DNA of 64,000 nt from Thermoanaerobaculia bacterium (lineage in GTDB: Bacteria; Acidobacteriota; Thermoanaerobaculia; Multivoradales; UBA5704), in the NCBI GenBank assembly GCA_036264085.1, contig DATARR010000012.1, forward strand, positions 34,260-98,259, given 5' to 3'. Position numbers and translations under genes: made by a program. The notes under the pieces are model-generated. The model had not been told where the DNA came from. It searched no databases and saw only the letters and a list, made by a program, of their open reading frames with translations. Within the stretch, counting starts at the first letter, position 1; each line of letters starts with the position of its first letter. This document shows positions 56,997-64,000 of this stretch, piece after piece.

Positions 56997-57400
56997 TCAA
57001 GGGTCCTTGTTGGTGGCGTTGGGTTATCCCTCTCGGGCTAACCTCCCTGTGCCACGGACACGTGGAGGATTCCCCTTACGAGGACGCCACCTCCATGGAA
57101 CCGTGTTTACCTTCGATCACTGGACCACCTCCTTCCTGGGCGAATCCGTCATTGGCAGGTCCCAGCCCGCCCAGCTCCTTAAGCCGCCCAAGCTCATCGG
57201 AGCCGCCACGCCGCTCCTGGAAGGAGGTCGTGGACCCTTGGACTGGAGATATTGTTGGGTCTCCCGGAGGAAAAGTCAATGCCCTGGCCTATTTAAGTGG
57301 GGCCTCATCACCCCGGCCCTCTTCTCCTGGCTGTGCTACTGTTCGCCGGAGTTGTCTTGACGCTTCCGTTACCCCAGCCAGATCCGGAGGAATCGACCCC

Positions 57401-58498
57401 ATGAAGAAGATCGGAGTCCTTTTCGGCCAGGAGGACACCTTCCCCTATGCCTTCTGCGACCGCATCAACTCGAAGCGCGCCGGCGGGACCGACGGCATCA
57501 TCGCCGAGCCCGTCCGCATCGACAAGCTCGTCCAGGGCGAGCCCTCCGGCTACGCCGTGATCGTCGACCGCATCTCCCAGGACGTCCCCTTCTACCGCGC
57601 CTACCTGAAGAACGCGGCCCTGAACGGCACGGCGGTCGTCAACAACCCGTTCTGGTGGAGCGCCGACGAGAAGTTCTTCAACAACGCCCTCGCCACCAAG
57701 ATCGGCGTCGCCGTGCCGAAGACGGTCCTCCTCCCCTCGAAGGAGCACCCCACGGACACCGGCCCGAAGTCGTTCCGCAATCTGGCCTATCCCCTGGACT
57801 GGGAGGGGATCTTCGACTACATCGGCTTCCCGGCCTTCTTCAAGCCCTTCGCAGGCGGCGGCTGGAAGAACGTCTACCGGGTGACCAGCCGCGACGAATT
57901 CTTCAAGGCCTATGACGAGACCGGCCAGCTCGTCATGATGCTTCAGGAGGAGATCGTCTTCAAAGAGTACTTCCGCTGCTACTGCCTCGACTGCCAGGAC
58001 GTCCGCATCATGCAGTACGATCCGCGCCAGCCGCACCACCTGCGCTATGTGAAGGACGGCCCTCCGGTCGATCCGGCGCTGCTCCAGAAGGTGCACGACG
58101 ACGTGCTGGCCCTCAACCGCTGGCTGGGCTACGACTTCAACACCGTCGAGATGGCGGTGCGCGACGGCGTTCCCTATGCCATCGACTTCTGCAACCCGGC
58201 GCCGGACGCCGAGCTGAAGTCGATCGGCGAGGAAAACTTCGCCTGGGTGGTGGAGGCTGCGGCCACCATGGCCATCCGCAAGGCCGGGCTGCACCGCGAG
58301 GGCGGCGACAACCTGCGCTGGGGCGAGTACGTGCGGCGCGCCACGGCGCCGCCGGCCGACGCCGTCGGCGTGGAGACCGCCCCGGCCAAGGCCGTCGCTG
58401 CCGCCAATACCGCCGGCACCGCGACGGCTGCGACCACTGCGGTGTCCGCGGCGACCGGGGCGACTGCCCAAGCCGTGACCCCGAGGTCCAACGCATGA
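57401..58498 (+). CDS. ATP-grasp domain protein (RimK/glutathione synthetase-like ligase)
   Basis: ATG at 57401 after GGAGGA. NNPFWWSADEKFFNNALATKIGVAVPKTVLLP, GFPAFFKPFAGGGWKNVYRV, FNTVEMAVRDGVPYAIDFCNPAPD fit an ATP-grasp fold. Low-complexity Ala/Thr tail. Confidence 0.8.
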   Translation: MKKIGVLFGQEDTFPYAFCDRINSKRAGGTDGIIAEPVRIDKLVQGEPSGYAVIVDRISQDVPFYRAYLKNAALNGTAVVNNPFWWSADEKFFNNALATKIGVAVPKTVLLPSKEHPTDTGPKSFRNLAYPLDWEGIFDYIGFPAFFKPFAGGGWKNVYRVTSRDEFFKAYDETGQLVMMLQEEIVFKEYFRCYCLDCQDVRIMQYDPRQPHHLRYVKDGPPVDPALLQKVHDDVLALNRWLGYDFNTVEMAVRDGVPYAIDFCNPAPDAELKSIGEENFAWVVEAAATMAIRKAGLHREGGDNLRWGEYVRRATAPPADAVGVETAPAKAVAAANTAGTATAATTAVSAATGATAQAVTPRSNA

Positions 58499-59607
58499 GC
58501 GAAGCCGGGCTCTTCACGCTGGGCATCGAGGAGGAGTTCCAGATCATCGATCCGGCGACGGGAGACCTGCGCTCGCACGTCCAGCACCTGATCGAAGATG
58601 AGCACACCCTCCAGGACCAGTTGAAGCCCGAGCTTCACCAGTCGGTCATCGAGGTCGGCACCAACATCTGTCGCGACATCAGGGAGGCCCGCCGCGAGGT
58701 CGTGCGGCTGCGCAGCGACCTCGCCAAGCTGGCGCGCCGCAACGGCCTGACCATCGCCGCCGCGGGCACCCACCCCTTCGCCCACTGGAAGGACCAGGAG
58801 ATCACCCCCAACGAGCGCTACCAGGCGATCGTCGAGGACCTCCAGCAGGTGGCGCGGGCGAACCTGATCTTCGGCCTCCACGTCCACGTCGGCATCGCGG
58901 ACCGCGAGGTGGCGATCCACATCATGAACTCCGTGCGCTACTTCCTGCCGCACATCTTCGCCCTCTCCACCAACTCGCCGTTCTGGCAGGGGCGCAACAC
59001 GGGGCTCAAGTCGTTCCGCAGCAAGGTCTTCGACCGCTTCCCCCGCACCGGCATCCCGGACCATTTCCAGAGCCTGTCGGAGTACGAGAACTACGTCAAG
59101 CTGCTGATCAGGACGCGGTGCATCGACAATCCCAAGAGCATCTGGTGGGACATCCGCATGCACCCCTTCTTCGACACCCTGGAGTTCCGCATCTGCGACG
59201 TGCCCATGCGGGTGGACGAGACGATCGCGCTGGCGGCGCTGATCCAGGCCGTCACCGTCAAGCTGCACAAGCTGATCAAGCAGAACCTGGGCTTCCGCCT
59301 CTACCGCCGGCTGCTGCTCAACGAGAACAAGTGGCGCGCGGCGCGCCACGGCATCAAGGGCAAGCTGATCGACTTCGGCAAGCAGGAAGAGGTGCCCTGC
59401 GTCGACCTCATCCACGAGCTCCTCGCCTTCATCGACGACGTGGTGGACGAGCTGGGCAGCCGGGAGGAGATCGACTACATCCACGAAATCCTGCGTCACG
59501 GCACCGGCGCCGACCGCCAGCTCCAGGTCTGGGAGCAGACGCAGGACGTCCGCGCCGTGGTCGACTTCATCGTGCGGGAGACCCACCACGGCCTGGATCT
59601 TGCTTGA
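58495..59607 (+). CDS. ybdK: Carboxylate-amine ligase, YbdK/GCS2 family
   Basis: FTLGIEEEFQIIDP, ELHQSVIEVGT, HPFA, GLHVHVGI, SPFWQG.DTG-like (SPFWQGRNTGLKS), WWDIR.HP.F.TLEFRICD. Confidence 0.9.
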   Translation: MSEAGLFTLGIEEEFQIIDPATGDLRSHVQHLIEDEHTLQDQLKPELHQSVIEVGTNICRDIREARREVVRLRSDLAKLARRNGLTIAAAGTHPFAHWKDQEITPNERYQAIVEDLQQVARANLIFGLHVHVGIADREVAIHIMNSVRYFLPHIFALSTNSPFWQGRNTGLKSFRSKVFDRFPRTGIPDHFQSLSEYENYVKLLIRTRCIDNPKSIWWDIRMHPFFDTLEFRICDVPMRVDETIALAALIQAVTVKLHKLIKQNLGFRLYRRLLLNENKWRAARHGIKGKLIDFGKQEEVPCVDLIHELLAFIDDVVDELGSREEIDYIHEILRHGTGADRQLQVWEQTQDVRAVVDFIVRETHHGLDLA

Positions 59608-59618
59608 GGCCCTCACTC

Positions 59619-60635
59619 ATGAACCTCGAAACCATTCCCATCCCCCCGGAGTATCTGCCGGGAGCCCATAACGCCATCCACACCTGCCTGCGGCTCCAGC
59701 CTCAGGAGCGCATCACCCTGATCACCGACCGGGAGACGGCGGACATCGCCGCGGCCCTGGAGCGGGAGGTCGAAGAGCTGGGCGCGGAGCACAGCGTCTT
59801 CGTCCTCGAGGACTACGCGCCCCGGCCGCTGGCCGCCGGCATGCCGCGGGCCATCCTGGACGACCTCGAGCGCTCGCAGGTCTCCATCTTCGCCGCCCAG
59901 GCCCAGCAGGGCGAGCTCGGCTCGCGCATCGCCATGACCGAAGTGGTGAACCGCCGGGGGATCCGCCACGGCCACATGGTGAACATCGACCGCCAGATCA
60001 TGCAGGAGGGGATGCTGGCCGACTTCCTGGAAGTGGACCGCCTGAGCTCCTGGCTGATCGCCAAGGCGCGGCCGGCGCGGGAGATCCGGGTGACCTCGAA
60101 AGGTGGCACGGACATCCTCGCCACCTTCTCGCCCCGCCTCAAGTGGTTGAAGACCAGCGGCATCATCACCCCGGAGAAGTGGGGCAACCTCCCGGGCGGC
60201 GAGATCTTCACCGCCCCCGACAACGTCGAAGGCCGCTTCGTGGTGGACGGAGTCGTGGGCGACTATCTCTGCCGCAAATACGGCGACCTCAAGGCGACGC
60301 CGCTGACCATTGACATCCAACACAACCGCATCGCTCACCTCGCCTGTGCCAACGACGAGCTGCTCGACGAGTTCCAGCGCTACACCTCGACCGACGAGAA
60401 CAGCGGCCGGGTGGGCGAGTTCGCCATCGGCACCAACCTCGCTGTCAAGGACGTGCGGGGGAACATCCTTCAGGACGAGAAGATCCCCGGCTGCCACATC
60501 GCCTTTGGCCATCCCTACGCCGAGCACACCGGCCAGACCTGGAAATCCGCCACCCACATCGACTGCGTGGGCCGCGACTTCGACATCTGGATCGACGGCG
60601 AGCCGGTGATGGAGGCCGGGAAGTTCCTTTGCTAG
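59619..60635 (+). CDS. M29 family aminopeptidase (AmpS/PepS-like)
   Basis: NLPGGEIFTAP, GEFAIGTN, HIAFG...HID are thermophilic metalloaminopeptidase motifs. ATG at 59619. Confidence 0.8.
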   Translation: MNLETIPIPPEYLPGAHNAIHTCLRLQPQERITLITDRETADIAAALEREVEELGAEHSVFVLEDYAPRPLAAGMPRAILDDLERSQVSIFAAQAQQGELGSRIAMTEVVNRRGIRHGHMVNIDRQIMQEGMLADFLEVDRLSSWLIAKARPAREIRVTSKGGTDILATFSPRLKWLKTSGIITPEKWGNLPGGEIFTAPDNVEGRFVVDGVVGDYLCRKYGDLKATPLTIDIQHNRIAHLACANDELLDEFQRYTSTDENSGRVGEFAIGTNLAVKDVRGNILQDEKIPGCHIAFGHPYAEHTGQTWKSATHIDCVGRDFDIWIDGEPVMEAGKFLC

Positions 60636-60705
60636 ATTGAGACCCGGGCTCGCGAACCGCGGGGCCGGGCACCTCCCTTTTTGAACGACCATGGAGGATT
60701 CCGAC

Positions 60706-60963
60706 ATGCGCCACTCATCCGACAGTGCTTCATCCACTCCGCGCCGTGGCTCCCGCATCGTGCTGCTGGCCGTCCTCTGCGGCATCCTGGCCCTGGCCCA
60801 GCTTCTGCCAGCGGCGCCTCCCGCGCCCCGGCTCACCACCGGCGGCTGCACGAGCAGCTCCCAGTGCCTGCCCGGCCAGCTCTGCTGCCCGGCCTGCGGT
60901 CAGCCCGACTGTGGCAACCGCTGCTTCGTGGCTGTGAAGGGCCGTTGCCCGCTCTTCGTGTAA
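60706..60963 (+). CDS. Small secreted Cys-rich protein (8 Cys in about 38 aa)
   Basis: GGAGGA RBS 7 nt before the ATG at 60706. Signal-like RIVLLAVLCGILALAQLL. Mature part GGCTSSSQCLPGQLCCPACGQPDCGNRCFVAVKGRCPLFV. Confidence 0.55.
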   Translation: MRHSSDSASSTPRRGSRIVLLAVLCGILALAQLLPAAPPAPRLTTGGCTSSSQCLPGQLCCPACGQPDCGNRCFVAVKGRCPLFV

Positions 60964-61007
60964 ACGCCGCGGTCGTCGCTGCGCCGACGCCTTGAAAGGA
61001 GCCCCTG

Positions 61008-61202
61008 ATGAAGAAGAAGACGCTCAAGCTCATCCTCCACCGTGAGACCCTCGCCAACCTGTCCAACCACCAGATGGAAGCAGCGGTAGGAGGAGCGGCC
61101 ACGAACGACAAGTCCTGCCTGCTCTCCTGCTTCGCCGGCTGCAGCGCCGTCGGCTGCACCGATACGTGCCCGCGGACGATCGTGCGGACCTGCACCCGCT
61201 GA
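61008..61202 (+). CDS. Small Cys-rich peptide with double-glycine-type leader (putative bacteriocin/RiPP precursor, copy P3)
   Basis: MKKKTLKLILHRETLANLSNHQMEAAVGG then AATNDKSCLLSCFAGCSAVGCTDTCPRTIVRTCTR (7 Cys). AAGGAG RBS 7 nt upstream. Confidence 0.65.
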   Translation: MKKKTLKLILHRETLANLSNHQMEAAVGGAATNDKSCLLSCFAGCSAVGCTDTCPRTIVRTCTR

Positions 61203-61231
61203 GTGGGGGGGAGCCGGCGGGAGACCCGCCC

Positions 61232-61729
61232 TCAGCGTTTCCCCTTCATCAACTCCGGGCAGAGGAACCGGATCTCGACTCCGTGGCGATTCAGCGCCGC
61301 CCGGTGAACCCACCAGTCGGTATCCGAGGCATTGAGGATGGGCGGACGCTCTTCGCTGGCGAGCGCCACGGCGACGAACTTCCGGTCTGCGCGGTCGAAG
61401 CGTTCGAGGTCAGGGTCGTCTGGGAACTCTTCGAAACCTCGAGAGCCGTTCGCAGGCGTGATGGGGATCTGACGGCAATGGTCCTGATGGCCTTGGTTGT
61501 CCCAGAGCCACTTGAAGAATGCGTCCCCGGGGCCCGGTTGACCCGAGGGTGAGAGGCGCCGGCGATATTCGTCGAGGATCAATCCTTGGTCGTCAAGGAG
61601 CACCCGGCGATGGTCTCGCATCTCGATCAGCGTGGCGACACAGGTCTCCACGCACTTGTCGCCCGCCTGGGGTGTCCTGCCATTTGCGACGACGGCGACG
61701 TTGGTGTCCATCACCACGGCCGCCTTCAA
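61232..61729 (-). CDS. PIN-like domain protein (putative nuclease effector)
   Basis: Acidic residues spaced as in PIN folds: VVMDTNVAVVAN, LDEY, DRADRKFVAVALA, NASDTDW. The start ATG overlaps the stop of the upstream ATPase (ATGA). Confidence 0.6.
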   Translation of the reverse strand: MKAAVVMDTNVAVVANGRTPQAGDKCVETCVATLIEMRDHRRVLLDDQGLILDEYRRRLSPSGQPGPGDAFFKWLWDNQGHQDHCRQIPITPANGSRGFEEFPDDPDLERFDRADRKFVAVALASEERPPILNASDTDWWVHRAALNRHGVEIRFLCPELMKGKR

Positions 61730-63096
61730 CTGACCCCCTTCTTCTTTCGCTCCATGGCGGCCTGGCTCATGGCCGCGATCTCGCCGAACTCGTCGCCGAA
61801 AAAGTCCTTCGGCCAGTTCTTGATGTTTCCGAACGGATCGAGGTCCAGCGGCGTCAGATGGGATTCACCTGTTTCTGTGGAGGAGAAGTAGAGGGCCGCC
61901 TGCTCCGGAGCGATCGTTTCGTCGGCGACGCGGCGTTGCAGACGGCGCAGGAGATGCTCGCTGTGACTTTCCAGGATGATCTGGATGCCGCGGGTCTTCA
62001 TCGCATCGACGAGCACGTCCGCGAGCCCCGCCTGCACTTTCGGGTGGAGGTGGATTTCCGGCTGTTCGAGCAAAAGAGTTGAGCCTTCCGGAGCGTAGTA
62101 GCACAGGGTGATCACGGGGAGGATCTGCGAGACGCCGAAGCCCACGTCCGTGATCAACACTTCGGCCGCCTTGGGATCGCGCCGCACCCAGACCTGGAAG
62201 AGTCTCCCATCCTTCGTGATGGGACGCACGTGGAACGAGTCGATCAGTCCAAGCTCTTTGAGCCATTCGGCGACGCGCTCCTCGACCGTCTGGCGCTTCT
62301 TTCCTCTGCCGCGGGACAGCGTCACTCCGGATTCGCGGGACGCCAGCAGCGCATCCACGACTCGTTCGCCTCGCCGGCCCATGTCCGCGGGCTGCGCTCC
62401 TGCCCAGGAATACTGGCGTTTCGGATACTCCCGCAAGGGCCCGAGATAGAAGACGCGGGCGAACAGCTCCTCGAACTGCAGCTCGAGGTCCGAGAGAAAG
62501 CTCGCATTCTGATAGTAGGCCCGCACCTGGTCGGGGAAGCCGTAGCACTTTGCCGGCGGTGGCAGCTTCCAGGGTCGCCCCTGAGCACGGAGGAATTTGA
62601 AGCCGCTCTCGAGGTCATATTCCGATTTCTTGCCGCTCACCTGAGTCATGCCAAACGTCTCGTCGGAGAAGCGATACTTCATCTCCGTGACCACCGGCCT
62701 GCCCAACCCCGGCTCCCCGTTGGCTTGCCACTCGATGACGGTCGAGAACCCGATGGCGTCGTCTTTGAAGAGGATGCCGCTCTTGCGGGCCGGGTCCGCG
62801 ATCTCGAGGCTGCGAGGCCGGTTCCAGGCCAGGCTCACCGCCAGAGGGTTCGTGAGGTCATGACGGAACAGCACGTCCTGGAAGGTGCCCAGGTCGACCA
62901 GACTGCGATCATCCCCAAGGTTCAGCACCTGGGTCCGGTCGGGAGATTCGGCAGTCTGCTTGAGCAGGAGGAGCATCTGGAGGACGCTGGTCTTTCCCGA
63001 GCTGTTGCTGCCGAACAGCGCGGTGAGCGGCGCCAGGCGGATGTCCCCGGTATCCCGCCACGACTTGAAATTCTGGAATGCGAGCTGGGTGAGCAT
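61726..63096 (-). CDS. ABC/SMC-type AAA ATPase (AAA_15/AAA_21 with DUF3696-like C-terminus)
   Basis: ATG at 63096: MLTQLAFQNFKSWRD..LAPLTALFGSNSSGKTSVLQ (Walker A), GVSQILPVI (signature-like), STLLLEQPEIHLHP (Walker B/D-loop), ILESHSEHLL (H-loop). The track ORF to 63987 is an antisense GC-driven extension over the M20 gene. Confidence 0.85.
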   Translation of the reverse strand: MLTQLAFQNFKSWRDTGDIRLAPLTALFGSNSSGKTSVLQMLLLLKQTAESPDRTQVLNLGDDRSLVDLGTFQDVLFRHDLTNPLAVSLAWNRPRSLEIADPARKSGILFKDDAIGFSTVIEWQANGEPGLGRPVVTEMKYRFSDETFGMTQVSGKKSEYDLESGFKFLRAQGRPWKLPPPAKCYGFPDQVRAYYQNASFLSDLELQFEELFARVFYLGPLREYPKRQYSWAGAQPADMGRRGERVVDALLASRESGVTLSRGRGKKRQTVEERVAEWLKELGLIDSFHVRPITKDGRLFQVWVRRDPKAAEVLITDVGFGVSQILPVITLCYYAPEGSTLLLEQPEIHLHPKVQAGLADVLVDAMKTRGIQIILESHSEHLLRRLQRRVADETIAPEQAALYFSSTETGESHLTPLDLDPFGNIKNWPKDFFGDEFGEIAAMSQAAMERKKKGVS

Positions 63097-63219
63097 CAGA
63101 ACGGCTCCTCTTGCTCTGGCGCGAGGCTCAGGATCTCCGGCCGGCTTTGCACGAGGGCACATTGTAGGACAACGGCTGTATGATTCCCTCCTCAACCGTC
63201 TGCCCAAGGGGGAGCCCCG

Positions 63220-64000
63220 ATGATCCGCCGTCGATCCGCGTTCGTTCTCTGCGTCTGTCTCCTGGTCCTCCCGACCCTGCTTGGAGCGGCCCCACCGCCT
63301 GCTCCCAAGGCGGGGCCGAACAAGGAGGCTGCCGCCGCTTCGGTGGAGCGCCACCGGCCGGAGCTGGTGGATCTGGCGAACCAGGTCTGGGGGTTTGCGG
63401 AGACGGCGCTCAAGGAGAAGCGGTCGTCCAAGGTGCTGGCCGACTATGCCGAGGGTCAGGGCTTCAAGGTGGAGCGCGGGGTGGCGGGGTTGCCCACGGC
63501 TTTCGTCGCGAGCTATGGCGAGGGAAGGCCGGTCATCGCCATCCTCGGCGAGTACGACGCGCTGCCGGGGATCTCCCAGAAGGCGCAGCCGACCAAGGAG
63601 CCGGTGACCGCCGGCGCGCCGGGCCATGGGTGCGGACACAACCTGTTCGGCGCCGCGAGCCTGGGGGCGGCGGTGGCCGTCAAGGAGCTCATCGCCGCCG
63701 GCAAGCTCCACGGCACGGTGCGCTTCTATGGCACGCCGGCCGAGGAGGCCGTGGGCGGCAAGCTCTACATGGTCCGCGCCGGGCTGTTCAAGGACGTGGA
63801 CGTCGTCCTCGCCTGGCATCCGTCCGACGAGACCAAGGCCGACACCCAGAGCACGCAGGCGATGGTGGACTTCGTCGTCGAGTTCCACGGCAAGACGGCC
63901 CACGCCGCCTTCGATCCGTGGAACGGCCGCAGCGCGCTCGACGGCCTGGAGATCTTCACCCACTCGCTCAACATGATGCGTGAGCACGTGCAGCCCACGG
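63220..64000 (+). CDS. M20 family amidohydrolase (AbgB-like), N-terminal part, continues beyond window end
   Basis: Own translation from the ATG at 63220 (RBS AAGGGGGAG): MIRRRSAFVLCVCLLVLPTLLGA...LGEYDALPGISQ...PGHGCGHNLFGAASLGAAVAVKE...FYGTPAEEAVGGKLYM..GLFKDVDVVLAWHP...FHGKTAHAA..PWNGRSALDG. Open to position 64000. Confidence 0.85.
   Translation, partial: MIRRRSAFVLCVCLLVLPTLLGAAPPPAPKAGPNKEAAAASVERHRPELVDLANQVWGFAETALKEKRSSKVLADYAEGQGFKVERGVAGLPTAFVASYGEGRPVIAILGEYDALPGISQKAQPTKEPVTAGAPGHGCGHNLFGAASLGAAVAVKELIAAGKLHGTVRFYGTPAEEAVGGKLYMVRAGLFKDVDVVLAWHPSDETKADTQSTQAMVDFVVEFHGKTAHAAFDPWNGRSALDGLEIFTHSLNMMREHVQPT

Noticed and set aside
56955-57260. Assignment of the intergenic candidate RNA to RNase P, tmRNA, SRP RNA, or ykkC/cobalamin/TPP riboswitches.
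   Set aside because: The diagnostic conserved strings (GAGGAAAGUCCGGGC, tmRNA 5-prime/3-prime ends and tag ORF, GGAAGGAAGCAGC, and others) are absent. Only a chance CCCGAGAG/GGGAUAA resemblance to ykkC was seen, with the wrong spacing.
57401-61202. ATP-grasp gene plus nearby small peptides considered as a graspetide (microviridin-like) RiPP cluster.
   Set aside because: The peptide cores are Cys-rich and lack the Thr/Ser-Asp/Glu-Lys patterns of graspetides. The ATP-grasp gene is operonic with GCS2 and M29 genes, and the peptides have their own RBSs after a probable terminator region. Adjacency alone is insufficient.
63097-63987. N-terminal 297-aa extension of the ATPase ORF (track ORF 61726..63987).
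   Set aside because: The extension is low-complexity and antisense to a clearly coding M20 amidohydrolase gene. A conserved ATPase N-terminus (MLTQLAFQNFKSW, then Walker A) starts at 63096.

Overview
High-GC (roughly 68-70%) bacterial chromosome segment. The MacB-type permease, pseudopilin genes and interspersed hairpin repeats suggest Acidobacteriota or a related phylum, but that is inference only. Most of the window is housekeeping or accessory metabolism: a Kdo/LPS operon (kdsB, pyrG, kdsA, kdsD, kdsC, lipid A acyltransferase), rfbB/rfbC, uppP, aidB, a tricorn-like protease, a DEAD-box helicase, an ABC-2 exporter, a Tat-dependent molybdo-flavo-FeS oxidoreductase, and an ATP-grasp/GCS2/M29 operon. 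The main anomaly is a ~7-kb island (about 31.75-38.7 kb) where GC drops to about 50%. It carries a tight minus-strand operon with its own sigma70-type promoter: a sigma-70 family protein, two paralogous ~600-aa MORC-like GHKL ATPases, and a 665-aa protein resembling DUF4338/DruA of Druantia. No helicase, methylase or recognisable nuclease is present. The island is flanked by a ~190-bp tandem duplication, an orphan ribbon-helix-helix gene and a decayed YhcG nuclease pseudogene on the left, and by a 48-bp-arm palindrome on the right. I flag it as a candidate undescribed conflict/defence system. Other items: a 27-unit 21-bp tandem array with a GGACATGTCC palindromic core; three dispersed double-glycine-leader Cys-rich peptide genes; an ABC-type ATPase plus PIN-like pair; a MITE-like family (three full copies, one inside the Kdo operon); a UdgX-like glycosylase; a pseudokinase; a mazEF module; and a possible minus-strand ncRNA. 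Many long ORFs in the track are GC-driven shadow frames and were rejected. All family assignments come from reading motifs, not database searches.
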